IMG/VR virus record: IMGVR_UViG_3300033994_001671
Location: 1-64,000 of that record
DNA from: an uncultured virus (IMG/VR IMGVR_UViG_3300033994_001671)
Lineage: Duplodnaviria; Heunggongvirae; Uroviricota; Caudoviricetes
DNA: 64,000 nt
Strand: one strand, 5' to 3'
Below, one piece after another: positions 10,535 to 20,699 of the stretch. The notes beneath the pieces are model-generated. The model worked only from the letters and a program-made list of their open reading frames with translations. It was not told the DNA's origin and made no database searches. Both the position numbers and the translations under genes were made by a program. Every line of letters starts with the position of its first letter. Within the stretch, counting starts at the first letter, position 1.

Positions 10535-13500
10535 ATGTCTTCATCTTACAGAATTAGAACAGAGTTAGGGATTGATAAAGTAATTCAGGTAAAACTTGAA
10601 CAAAATTTTGACACACTTGAATTATTGTCTTTATCAATTAATCCAAATGATACTTACATTAGAGCTTGTGCTGACTATGGGGTGGTTGTTGGTAGAGTTT
10701 TCTGCAATAACGGATTTGGTTTACCTAACGCTAAAATATCTATTTTTATTGCTTTAGATGAGGCAGACATCAATGATACTGTAATTAGTACATTATATCC
10801 ATACAGAACAATTAATGACGTTAATGAAGATGGTTACAAATACAATTTATTACCTTATACACCCTCTTACACAGGACACATTCCTGTTGGGACTTTTCCT
10901 GATAGAAATGACGCTTTAACTAATAAGTCGGTAATTCAGGTTTACGACAAGTATTTTAAGTTTGTTGTTACCACAAATGGTTCGGGTGACTTTATGATAT
11001 TAGGTGTACCACCAGGACAGCATACTTTATTTATGCAAGTTGATTTGTCCGATATTGGTGAGTTTTCATTTACACCTGCGGATTTAATTAGAATTGGTAG
11101 AGCAACTGAATCACAAGTTAACGGGGCTCAGTTTAAGTTTTCTGAAAATTATAGTGAACTACCTCAAATTGTGACAATATCAAAAACAGTTCAAGTTGCA
11201 CCATTTTATGGTGAACAAGAAACTTGTGATTATTATATTGCAAGAACTGACTTTGACTTAACTGCTGAAGCTCAAGTTACTATTTTACCTACAGCAGTTT
11301 TTATGGGTTCATTGGTTTCAACAGTTGATGAAACTAAATTAGGGTATAATAATATCTATGACAAATGTAAAATCCCAAAAACAATGGGTGACTTGTGTGA
11401 CTTGACTTCAGGTCCTGGGCAAATATTGGCGATAAGACAAAGTTATAGAACTGATAGTGACGGATTACCGATATTGGAAACAGTTGAATTAGAAAATGGT
11501 GGTAAAGTAATTGATGAAAATGGAGCTTGGTTACTAGAAGTTCCAATGAACCTTGATTATGTTTATACCGATGAAGAGGGTAATCAACAAATAACACAAA
11601 ATCCTGAAGTTGGTATACCGACAAAAGGTAAGTACAGATTTAAAGTAAAATGGGAACAAGGCCCTGAAATTTCCGAACCTACTAAAAGAGCTTATTTTTT
11701 AGTTCCAAATATTAAAGAATATGGTTGGACTAATTCAGACGACCCATATTTGGATTACCAATTTAATGAACAGATTGGTATTCCTGTATCTATTTTCATA
11801 CCATCAAATTCTCCAAATGAGAATGGTGAGTATGTTTATTTATCAGACGCAGGTTTAAATCCTAATGAAACTAATCGAGTGTATAGATTAACAGGTACGT
11901 TAAATGTTGAAAACTTTCAAATATATTACTCTGATGGTACTCAATATCTTTCACAAAATATATATCCGCAAGATTTTACATCTTTATATTTTGTTTATGA
12001 TAGAATAGATGATGGTTCAGATGCAATCATCAACTTCTTAAAAATTGATGAAGATAGATTTTTACTTGAACAGTCATATGCTTTTAGTTTAGATTGGACA
12101 GACTATGCTAATGTGTCAGCCGCAATTAATTGTGAAGATACATTTATGGAACTTAAATATAATAAAGTTTACACTGTTAGTCAGTTAATGGATAGATATG
12201 TTTCGGAAAGGAGACCGTGGAATACAACAGGTATTAAAAATATTTTAGATGATAAATGTACAGGTGAATATAACAAATTTCCAACCAATGATGCATTTTT
12301 TAGAGTAAATTTTACATATATAGTGTACAACATATTCTTTGAAATTTTCAGATATATCGCAATGATTTTAATGATTATTGCTCACATTTTGGGATTTCTA
12401 TGGTTAGTTGTCGGACCAATTTTGGCGACAATTGTTTCATTAATTCAAACTCTTGTTTATGGAATATGTGTTTCGTTAAATTGGATTAGAAGAAGATTTG
12501 GTAGACCTGAAAGAACATGTAATACACCAATAGATGTTAGTGCATTTTTTACAGGTAATCCTTTTAAAAATCTTGGTTTACCTTTATTATTGTATACTGA
12601 AGATGGTTGTGAAAGATGTAATTGTAGGTTAGATGACCAAAGAATTAATTTTGATTCTATTGGACAACCTAATTTATATACGTTACTTAATTCAAGTATT
12701 TTAATTGACTCAACCGATTTTACACTCTATCGTAGTGATAATGTTGAATCTGAGTATATATCTGGTTTATATGCTGGTGACGTAAATCCAAGTCAATATT
12801 TTGAGTATAATAGATTTCCGTGGGTTATTGCTGAAATTGAAGTTGAAGTTGAGGTTAACAATAACGGAGATACTGATATTAGAACATTAACTAACTCTCA
12901 TTTCTCAACGTCGCTACCTTATTCTGAATATTTAAATTCTTGGAACAATAAAGGTAGATATTTTGATGGTACTGATATTGAAACTGATTTTGGTCTTCCA
13001 ACTGACTTTTACGGTTCAACAAGAATGATAGTTTCAATTGAACCTGATTTTAACAATCCTCAAACAAAATATCATATGGATAATTTTACGGTATTGTTTA
13101 TTGACCCGTCGGCTAGTCCGTTAGAAGCTGGTAAGATAGTATCATTTCAGGATAGAGATATGTCAATTGACCCGAATTATTTTTCTGAACAAAGACAAGT
13201 ATATGCTACAGGTACAACAATTAATTTATCACATATTAATGTACAATGGACAAACCCTACAACGGGGCCTAACCAAGCTAGTCAAATGATGACAACGTAT
13301 AATATACCAGGATTTGATAGTTTACCTAAGACAACAGGTTTTCCATCTGACATTGAATATTTCCAAGTAATTACGGGATGGACAGTTGGTCAATATAAAG
13401 AAATTATAGGTAACCCTTTTGGTGGTAAATTTGGACTCTTATATAATTACAGTATGACTCATTATGAATATAGTACAGGTAATAATATTGCGGGGTATAA

Positions 13501-16132
13501 TGGAAGAATTAGGAGATTTGAGAATCCACAAAACATTATTGGAATATCTAATTTAATATCAAATATTGATGATTATCAAATTGTTGTTTTAATGAGAGGT
13601 GTTGATGTTCACTCACCTAGAGTAAAACAAAGAATTTATACTGACCCATTTTTTAATGCCTTTGGTTATGGTTATGGGTATGTTAATAACAATGGGTCTT
13701 TACCTCCATTAAATCAAGTTTTAGACAATCCAAGTGGTTATATTGAAGGTTATTACAAGTTAAATATACCCTTACAACCAAATGCGTATAATAATAAAAC
13801 TTGTACAAGACATAATCAACTGGGTACTAATACTGACGCTGACCAATGGGGTAGTACTGTATTTTATGATAGTTACGCCTTTTTATATAATACTAATTTA
13901 TTTTCAGCGTATATTACTAATATGTTAAATTACTATTCGTCTTTTGATATAACCACGTTTGGTCAAAATGGTAGTAATAGTCAAATACCACCTCAGTTTT
14001 CCGATGGTAGTTACAATCCATTATACTTGAATTTTGATAATGGTTATACTAGAAATAGTACGTTAAATTTTATGGGAGGTTATTTTAGTGTACAACAACA
14101 AAATCCTGCGAGTGGGGCAGGAAACTGTAGTTTACCAAAACCGGTAACTCCCGTTTATACTTTAAATTATTGGAACTTTCCTGAGTTATATAGTGGGAAT
14201 GGTTTAATTCCCTATCAAACATTAGAAGGACAGTCTTTGTATTATTTAAATATTGGTTATTCTTATTACAATTCAGATTGTGAATTTTGTAATGGAGGTC
14301 TCGGTGAACCATGTAGTTTACTAGTTAATAGTTACAGTAGTTTCCAAAGAGGCTTTATTTCACCTTCATACAATAGTACAAATTCATATGCTAATTCTAA
14401 CGCCAATGGATATACAATCTATTCAAGTATTAATATGAATAATAGTTCAAGAATTGTTGTAAGAACTGATAGGTTACCGACATCAACATCTGAGTCAATT
14501 AATGGTGGTAATAGTTACTTGATGCACCAAAACCCAACATTTGCAATTTTCCAATACAACGACTCTGGTGAACAATCTGAACTAACTAATGTAACACAAC
14601 AAGCATTTTCAATTAATGATAGTACAAATCAATTTTTACCTTATGCTGAAGTCGCTGACTCTTTAGCTGATTGTGAAAAGGCGGTAATGTTAAAGTGTTA
14701 TGAGTTAATTAATGGAGTGCCCACTATAAAACCTGATTGTGAGGAATTAATGAACCCAACATCGAGCAATAAAAAATTCTTTAATTATGGTACAGGATGT
14801 TATAATTTAGTTTCAAAATTAATTGCAACTATTCCTGATGACATAAGGTCGATTGTTGAATGGTCACAAAGAGTTAAAGTTAATAATGCGGTATGTTTCA
14901 ATGTGTTTTCCCATTCATTTTCAAATCAATGGATAAATGGTACTTTATACGCTTATCCATTCAACAATAAAAGAGTATTTACTGGTTCTGATAATAGACC
15001 GTACAGTATCTTTTGTAAGGATACAATATACTTCCATGAAACAAGTAATAATTTTTATTACAGAAGTTCTCCTTGGTCAGTGACTGAAGGATTTATTGGT
15101 AAAAATAATACAACTTTTGGTAACACTATTGACTTTGGAAATTATAAATTTTTACAGTCACCTACAACAATTTTAGATTTAGGGCCTAAAGCTTATTTCA
15201 TTCAGGAGTTAGTAAATAATGATGACTATGATGGTTATATTGTTTCTAAAATTAAATCTACAAGTTACAATAATGTTTCTGAAATTTTGAATTTGTTTAT
15301 ATTAAGTCGTTTAGTTAATCCAAATTTTTTACAATTTTTAATACCATCGACACCGGGTGTGAATGAAGGTTCGGACGACCCAACCGTAAGAGGTTTCTTT
15401 AAAAATAGAAGATGGGAAAATAACAATACTAGTACATTACCTGCATTAGTTGATGCTGATTATGCTCAGATGATATCAATTAACTCTGAGTTTGGTATAA
15501 TACCATTTAGTGTTTCTAATTACGCTCAAACAGTAGATTCAGTATACCAACCTGTAATTTTAGGTGACGAAAATAATTTCCCATTTTTTGGATTGTTATT
15601 AACAGGTATTACCCAAGATAGAGATTATATATCACCAAGACGAACTATATGGAATCCACAGGCAACTATTGATACCCCACAACAATATAATTTTACTGAA
15701 ATTCCTGTTAAGTCACAAGAAGTACCATTTTATTTATGGAAACTTATAAAAATGAATAATGAAGAGACTGGACAACCTATGGACTATGGGACAATTTTTG
15801 GTTCACAAAATAATAATTGGGTGACAAACTATCCTGATTCAACAGGGGAGTTTAATAATTCATTCTTCCAATACAAATATCAAAAATTAGATAGATTTAA
15901 TAATGCTAGTCGATATTTTCAGGTGGATGGAAACTTGGCGGCTAATTATAGAGGGACTTTAATAAACTTTGACTCAAATAATGTACCAACAGATACAATA
16001 CCGACTCAAAACTTTAATCCTCAATTTTTAGTAGGTGCTCCAAACCACTTCTATTTTGGATTAAAAAGAGGTGGAAGTGCGTTAGATAGATTTTTAATAA
16101 AATACGTAAATACAGAAGAAGTAATTGAATGA
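10535..16132 (+). CDS. Very large putative baseplate/tail structural protein (1865 aa)
   Basis: In baseplate operon; N-terminal carboxypeptidase-regulatory-like beta-sandwich (GVVVGRV..NGFGLPNAKISIF, TNGSGDFMILGVPPG); internal hydrophobic stretch. Confidence 0.65.
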   Translation: MSSSYRIRTELGIDKVIQVKLEQNFDTLELLSLSINPNDTYIRACADYGVVVGRVFCNNGFGLPNAKISIFIALDEADINDTVISTLYPYRTINDVNEDGYKYNLLPYTPSYTGHIPVGTFPDRNDALTNKSVIQVYDKYFKFVVTTNGSGDFMILGVPPGQHTLFMQVDLSDIGEFSFTPADLIRIGRATESQVNGAQFKFSENYSELPQIVTISKTVQVAPFYGEQETCDYYIARTDFDLTAEAQVTILPTAVFMGSLVSTVDETKLGYNNIYDKCKIPKTMGDLCDLTSGPGQILAIRQSYRTDSDGLPILETVELENGGKVIDENGAWLLEVPMNLDYVYTDEEGNQQITQNPEVGIPTKGKYRFKVKWEQGPEISEPTKRAYFLVPNIKEYGWTNSDDPYLDYQFNEQIGIPVSIFIPSNSPNENGEYVYLSDAGLNPNETNRVYRLTGTLNVENFQIYYSDGTQYLSQNIYPQDFTSLYFVYDRIDDGSDAIINFLKIDEDRFLLEQSYAFSLDWTDYANVSAAINCEDTFMELKYNKVYTVSQLMDRYVSERRPWNTTGIKNILDDKCTGEYNKFPTNDAFFRVNFTYIVYNIFFEIFRYIAMILMIIAHILGFLWLVVGPILATIVSLIQTLVYGICVSLNWIRRRFGRPERTCNTPIDVSAFFTGNPFKNLGLPLLLYTEDGCERCNCRLDDQRINFDSIGQPNLYTLLNSSILIDSTDFTLYRSDNVESEYISGLYAGDVNPSQYFEYNRFPWVIAEIEVEVEVNNNGDTDIRTLTNSHFSTSLPYSEYLNSWNNKGRYFDGTDIETDFGLPTDFYGSTRMIVSIEPDFNNPQTKYHMDNFTVLFIDPSASPLEAGKIVSFQDRDMSIDPNYFSEQRQVYATGTTINLSHINVQWTNPTTGPNQASQMMTTYNIPGFDSLPKTTGFPSDIEYFQVITGWTVGQYKEIIGNPFGGKFGLLYNYSMTHYEYSTGNNIAGYNGRIRRFENPQNIIGISNLISNIDDYQIVVLMRGVDVHSPRVKQRIYTDPFFNAFGYGYGYVNNNGSLPPLNQVLDNPSGYIEGYYKLNIPLQPNAYNNKTCTRHNQLGTNTDADQWGSTVFYDSYAFLYNTNLFSAYITNMLNYYSSFDITTFGQNGSNSQIPPQFSDGSYNPLYLNFDNGYTRNSTLNFMGGYFSVQQQNPASGAGNCSLPKPVTPVYTLNYWNFPELYSGNGLIPYQTLEGQSLYYLNIGYSYYNSDCEFCNGGLGEPCSLLVNSYSSFQRGFISPSYNSTNSYANSNANGYTIYSSINMNNSSRIVVRTDRLPTSTSESINGGNSYLMHQNPTFAIFQYNDSGEQSELTNVTQQAFSINDSTNQFLPYAEVADSLADCEKAVMLKCYELINGVPTIKPDCEELMNPTSSNKKFFNYGTGCYNLVSKLIATIPDDIRSIVEWSQRVKVNNAVCFNVFSHSFSNQWINGTLYAYPFNNKRVFTGSDNRPYSIFCKDTIYFHETSNNFYYRSSPWSVTEGFIGKNNTTFGNTIDFGNYKFLQSPTTILDLGPKAYFIQELVNNDDYDGYIVSKIKSTSYNNVSEILNLFILSRLVNPNFLQFLIPSTPGVNEGSDDPTVRGFFKNRRWENNNTSTLPALVDADYAQMISINSEFGIIPFSVSNYAQTVDSVYQPVILGDENNFPFFGLLLTGITQDRDYISPRRTIWNPQATIDTPQQYNFTEIPVKSQEVPFYLWKLIKMNNEETGQPMDYGTIFGSQNNNWVTNYPDSTGEFNNSFFQYKYQKLDRFNNASRYFQVDGNLAANYRGTLINFDSNNVPTDTIPTQNFNPQFLVGAPNHFYFGLKRGGSALDRFLIKYVNTEEVIE

Positions 16133-17927
16133 TAATTTTCAAATATTAAAAGGTACCGCTAGGTATGCGAGTGCTCCCGACATTGATAGTAAAATCAATG
16201 TTACTTTAGATAGTACTCTGAAGGAACTTACTGAGTATGACAGAAATTTAGGAATTGATTTAGCCTTCAGATTTGATACTGAAAGACAACAATCAACAAT
16301 TTTTAATTTTACCTGTAAGTTTACTCTTCTTTTTGAAAACGCTTATTCAGGATTAACACAACCAATTACAAATCCGTATTCACCAATCAATAGAAATTTA
16401 TATTATGTAAGTCCTGAAACGTATAGAATTTTACAAAACAGTAATCCTGACCCTAGTTTTGAAATTGCTTGGGCTGGTTTACCACAATATCATGAGTTTG
16501 AGTTTATAAGAACGGATTATAATGTTCCTGGATATACAACCATTCAAAATAACCAAACTCCACATGTACCATTTAATACTTTAGAGGCAACGTTTTACAA
16601 TTGGTTTTTTTATCTAACATATCCTTTTGAAAGTGATTATACAAAACAATTACAAATTTTATTAGATGATGGTAATACTTTTGATTGGATTATTGGGAAT
16701 GGAATTCCATTTGTAGTAAGTAATGAATTTATAAATGGTAAACCTGTAATTCAATTTACGTGTCCATTTAATCATAATTTAAGTGAAGGTGATAGTGTTG
16801 AATTAACAATTTCTTGTAACACTAATAATACCTTTGATGTTTATACTTTAGGTGATTCATATGCGAATAATCAAGATAGAATATTCACAATATATAATTT
16901 AGGTTATGCTGATTGTGGTAATTTTTATGATGGGGCAATTGGATTAATGAAACGAATTACAACTAAAGGTAATCCTGAATCAAAATCAAAATATTATGTA
17001 AGAAGACACAAAGTTATTACAAGTTATAATGATTCAGAATTAACAAAAACAGGTTTTGAAAATAATCCATTCGGTACAAACACAAAATATGAGTCAAAAG
17101 CTTTAACTCCAAATTTGAGTCCAAGAATTTCAATAAAAGAAGGTTCACAAAGTTATAACTTATCATTTAAAAACGATGTTGATATAAATAACCTTTTAGA
17201 TAATTTAAATAGACCTGTTACTGAATTTTATACAACAGTAGTTAATAGAGGATATTTTGGATTTTTTAATAAACCAATTGTTAATGGGGTAGGGTTAAAA
17301 CAGGGATGGGAGTTTAATCTTGGGCCAAATTTAAATACATGGTGGAACGATACAAACACGTTAGCGTTAACAAACGTTCAAACTAATTTCTATGATAAAA
17401 CATCACCTGGTGGTACAATTTTAAGATTTTATTATAATTTACCATATAATGTTGGAGATACTCTTGATGGGGATATTTGTGAATGGAATGATATGACACA
17501 AACTGAAACTGTTTTGTCTGAATATTACCAAAAAATAAATTTTAATCAAAAAATATTTAGAACATCACCTATTGGTGAGTCAAATCCAAATACTGAAGGT
17601 TATTATTATAAACCACACTATAAATTCCAAATAAGGGTTTTTTCAGATTATGTTGAACAAAGTGACGAAAGTAATCCTCAAAATTTTCCTTTAGTTAATT
17701 TACCTACTTACGCTTTCTTTTCAAGTTACAATAATGATTTCAGATGGAGAGATATATATCCTTATGGTTTCATTGATGATATTGGACGAGGTGTTGATAG
17801 GCCTTTTTTAAATAACAAACATTACGTACATGAAAACTTCATTTTTAGATTAATACCTGAAGGAAGTAATGTAACTAATATAAACACTACACAAGTTAAC
17901 GACCCAATTACAGATGGTTGTGAATAA
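16125..17927 (+). CDS. Putative structural protein (600 aa)
   Basis: Overlaps upstream stop; N/T/Y/F-rich; structural operon context. Confidence 0.6.
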   Translation: MNDNFQILKGTARYASAPDIDSKINVTLDSTLKELTEYDRNLGIDLAFRFDTERQQSTIFNFTCKFTLLFENAYSGLTQPITNPYSPINRNLYYVSPETYRILQNSNPDPSFEIAWAGLPQYHEFEFIRTDYNVPGYTTIQNNQTPHVPFNTLEATFYNWFFYLTYPFESDYTKQLQILLDDGNTFDWIIGNGIPFVVSNEFINGKPVIQFTCPFNHNLSEGDSVELTISCNTNNTFDVYTLGDSYANNQDRIFTIYNLGYADCGNFYDGAIGLMKRITTKGNPESKSKYYVRRHKVITSYNDSELTKTGFENNPFGTNTKYESKALTPNLSPRISIKEGSQSYNLSFKNDVDINNLLDNLNRPVTEFYTTVVNRGYFGFFNKPIVNGVGLKQGWEFNLGPNLNTWWNDTNTLALTNVQTNFYDKTSPGGTILRFYYNLPYNVGDTLDGDICEWNDMTQTETVLSEYYQKINFNQKIFRTSPIGESNPNTEGYYYKPHYKFQIRVFSDYVEQSDESNPQNFPLVNLPTYAFFSSYNNDFRWRDIYPYGFIDDIGRGVDRPFLNNKHYVHENFIFRLIPEGSNVTNINTTQVNDPITDGCE

Positions 17928-18669
17928 TTTTAAAATATTAAAAACAAATATTGATAAGGGGATTAACATCCCAATCAATATAAATTGGGACTTTTTGGAT
18001 AGGGAAGACGCTCTTAATTTGTATGAGGAACAAATTATTACTGAAATAATTGGTGAACCTGAAAATTATGAAACTGCAAGATTTTCATATCCATATCCTT
18101 TTAGGTATGTTTTTAATTTTAAAAACAGTGGTGATACCGATTGGGTAAATAGTTATGTTGAATCGGGTAGATTTACACAACCTCAAGTTTTAAATAAGAC
18201 AACTGCGTTTATGAAATCATTCTTCAAGATTGATTTTTACGATAGTCAAAATACTTTAAGAAGACGAAATTTTCTAACTGTTATTTTAAATAAAAAAAAT
18301 GATACAACAGATGTTGATTTGGGAAATAATCAAGGAACGGGTAAACTATCAATACCTCGATATAGTTTGAACCCATTAACTAATCCTGAAGGTTTTTATC
18401 TTTATTGGTTTGAAAATCCTGAAATATTAAATTTAACAAAATTGTATATGACTGTTAAATTTTTTGATGGTTCTGATGGGACATTTACAACGTTTACCAC
18501 AAAAAAACAAACCGATTCATCGACACCTTATCGATTGACTACTGATTATTTTATGAGAGAAGTTAATTTTAATTTTACTCAACAGACATATACAATAAAT
18601 AATCTTAATTCACAAATTCCACTTTCAACAAATAATTGGTACGAGTATAAAAATCCACCTACAGTATAA
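17914..18669 (+). CDS. Putative structural protein (251 aa)
   Basis: Overlapping ORF in structural operon. Confidence 0.6.
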   Translation: MVVNNFKILKTNIDKGINIPININWDFLDREDALNLYEEQIITEIIGEPENYETARFSYPYPFRYVFNFKNSGDTDWVNSYVESGRFTQPQVLNKTTAFMKSFFKIDFYDSQNTLRRRNFLTVILNKKNDTTDVDLGNNQGTGKLSIPRYSLNPLTNPEGFYLYWFENPEILNLTKLYMTVKFFDGSDGTFTTFTTKKQTDSSTPYRLTTDYFMREVNFNFTQQTYTINNLNSQIPLSTNNWYEYKNPPTV

Positions 18670-18671
18670 AA

Positions 18672-19757
18672 ATGGAAATAATTAAAATTAAAATATCTCC
18701 TGAATTTTTAGAATCAGATATTGTACAAGTAACATCTAGCGGGTATACTTTTGGGGTATATACTGGATTGACAAGTATATTACAAGGTAATACTGGTGGA
18801 ACGTCATTACTTACAGGACTTACATTTCCTATTTTATTAAAACAAAAGTATCAAGATATTGGTTATTATGATGGATTTGATGGGAATATTACACAACAAG
18901 TTATTTCTGCTAACTTTTCATTTACCTCGTCAACAGAAAGTCCGTATACCGTTAGTTTATTTAATAATTCAAGTGAGGGTGCAGTTTATTTAATTGATTC
19001 GACATATACGATTGATTGGGGTGATGGAAGTTCACAAGTTATAAACTCTTTTTATCCTGACTTTATAAATCACACTTATGGAAATCCTTTACCTAACCCA
19101 ACAAGTTATACCATTACATTAAGACAAGAAAACATGTGGGGTACTGTTACAACAACTAAAACAGTTAATGTACCTTACTCACCTGTGGATAATTCAAACC
19201 CATACGGAACTGTGACTTTTGCAAATACAAGTGGAAGTTGGAGTGCTAGTCCTCAGACATATAATTTTATTTATACTGCAGATTCATATAATGAAATTGC
19301 GTATCAAATAGGTTCTTATTATGGACAGGTACCTTATTTTATTACAGGGGTAACAACGTCAAGATTAGAGGATTTATCATTGTATGGGCCAACACAATAC
19401 CAAGTGGGTCAGACGGTTAATTTACCTGGAGGTGGGTATGGTGTTGTTAATTATTTAACATCACAACAAACAGGATATACTATAAACAATACAGACTATA
19501 TTGACTTTTCGGGTGGGACATCAATTTTTGTCGTGGCTTCTTCAGGATTAACTTCAGATATGTTAGTTCAAAGTGCTATTACAAAGAATGAAGTTCTTAT
19601 GAATGTAATAGACCAACCTCAATTATTTTCAAGTGTTTTTGTTGAACGAGGTAAGAATTCCGCATTGGAAAACTTCAGAAGAATTGGTGAAGTTTCAACA
19701 ATGTCAGATTTGGTAAATTACGGATATAATTTTTTCAACATACAAAACAGTCAATAA
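18672..19757 (+). CDS. Putative structural protein with PKD-like Ig domain
   Basis: YTIDWGDGS...HTY...YTITL PKD-type signature. Confidence 0.6.
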   Translation: MEIIKIKISPEFLESDIVQVTSSGYTFGVYTGLTSILQGNTGGTSLLTGLTFPILLKQKYQDIGYYDGFDGNITQQVISANFSFTSSTESPYTVSLFNNSSEGAVYLIDSTYTIDWGDGSSQVINSFYPDFINHTYGNPLPNPTSYTITLRQENMWGTVTTTKTVNVPYSPVDNSNPYGTVTFANTSGSWSASPQTYNFIYTADSYNEIAYQIGSYYGQVPYFITGVTTSRLEDLSLYGPTQYQVGQTVNLPGGGYGVVNYLTSQQTGYTINNTDYIDFSGGTSIFVVASSGLTSDMLVQSAITKNEVLMNVIDQPQLFSSVFVERGKNSALENFRRIGEVSTMSDLVNYGYNFFNIQNSQ

Positions 19758-19793
19758 AACTAAAAATTAATATTTATACTAATAAGGTAAAAA

Positions 19794-20699
19794 ATGGCAA
19801 CAGGTAATTATGGAACAGTAAGATTGGCGGATGTGAGTCCAGCTGATGTGGAAATAATAATGAATTATACACCATCAAGAGATTTCACTAATAATTTCAT
19901 CTTGAAAAAATTAGATGCTCTTGAGTTGTTACAACCTTATTTTAGTAATCCTGCTATTGGTGGGCAAACAAATGAAATTTTAGGTGGGATGTATAATTTA
20001 AAATTACCATCTTCAGAATTTAATAATCTTGGAATTTATAACCTATTAATTAGGCCAATTCAAATTAGAACTGAAATTCTTGATTGTGGTGTATTACAAG
20101 CACTACCAAATGTTAAGGGTATCATTATTGATTTGACAAATGTACCCCAAGAATTTTTAAACAGATTTGTTCCACAAGGACTAGTGGGTTATCGAATAGA
20201 ATATTTGAATAGTGATGGTACAAAAAATACTAATTTTTTTAGAATAATTACTTCTTCATTTTATTGTGAGGCGGTAGTTGCAAATACTAATAATACATCC
20301 GATAAAGCACAAAGATGGGTTTATAGTGATGGTGAAACTAATCTTTTATTTTGTACGGTTTCACCAAGTTCATCACCCTCAAACAAACCAAATGCAACAC
20401 CTTATATTGGTGCTGCGGGACAAAATATTATTTTAACAAATACCTTTTTTGACCCAATAATGATTGAAGTTGAAATTGTTGAAAATGATATATCAACGTT
20501 AGCAATCGCACTTTACGGGAATCAAACTAAATCTATTGAAGATGGTATATATACCATTTATGATACTAATAACAACATTTACAAACAATACAACTTATAT
20601 GAAATTAGAAGTCAATTTAATGAGTTGTTATATGAGGTTAGACAAAATAGAGGAAGTAATCTTGATACAACTAAAATCTTTGATAATATCATAGCTTAA
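19794..20699 (+). CDS. Putative structural protein (301 aa)
   Basis: Clean ORF with TATTTAT motif upstream; structural context. Confidence 0.6.
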   Translation: MATGNYGTVRLADVSPADVEIIMNYTPSRDFTNNFILKKLDALELLQPYFSNPAIGGQTNEILGGMYNLKLPSSEFNNLGIYNLLIRPIQIRTEILDCGVLQALPNVKGIIIDLTNVPQEFLNRFVPQGLVGYRIEYLNSDGTKNTNFFRIITSSFYCEAVVANTNNTSDKAQRWVYSDGETNLLFCTVSPSSSPSNKPNATPYIGAAGQNIILTNTFFDPIMIEVEIVENDISTLAIALYGNQTKSIEDGIYTIYDTNNNIYKQYNLYEIRSQFNELLYEVRQNRGSNLDTTKIFDNIIA

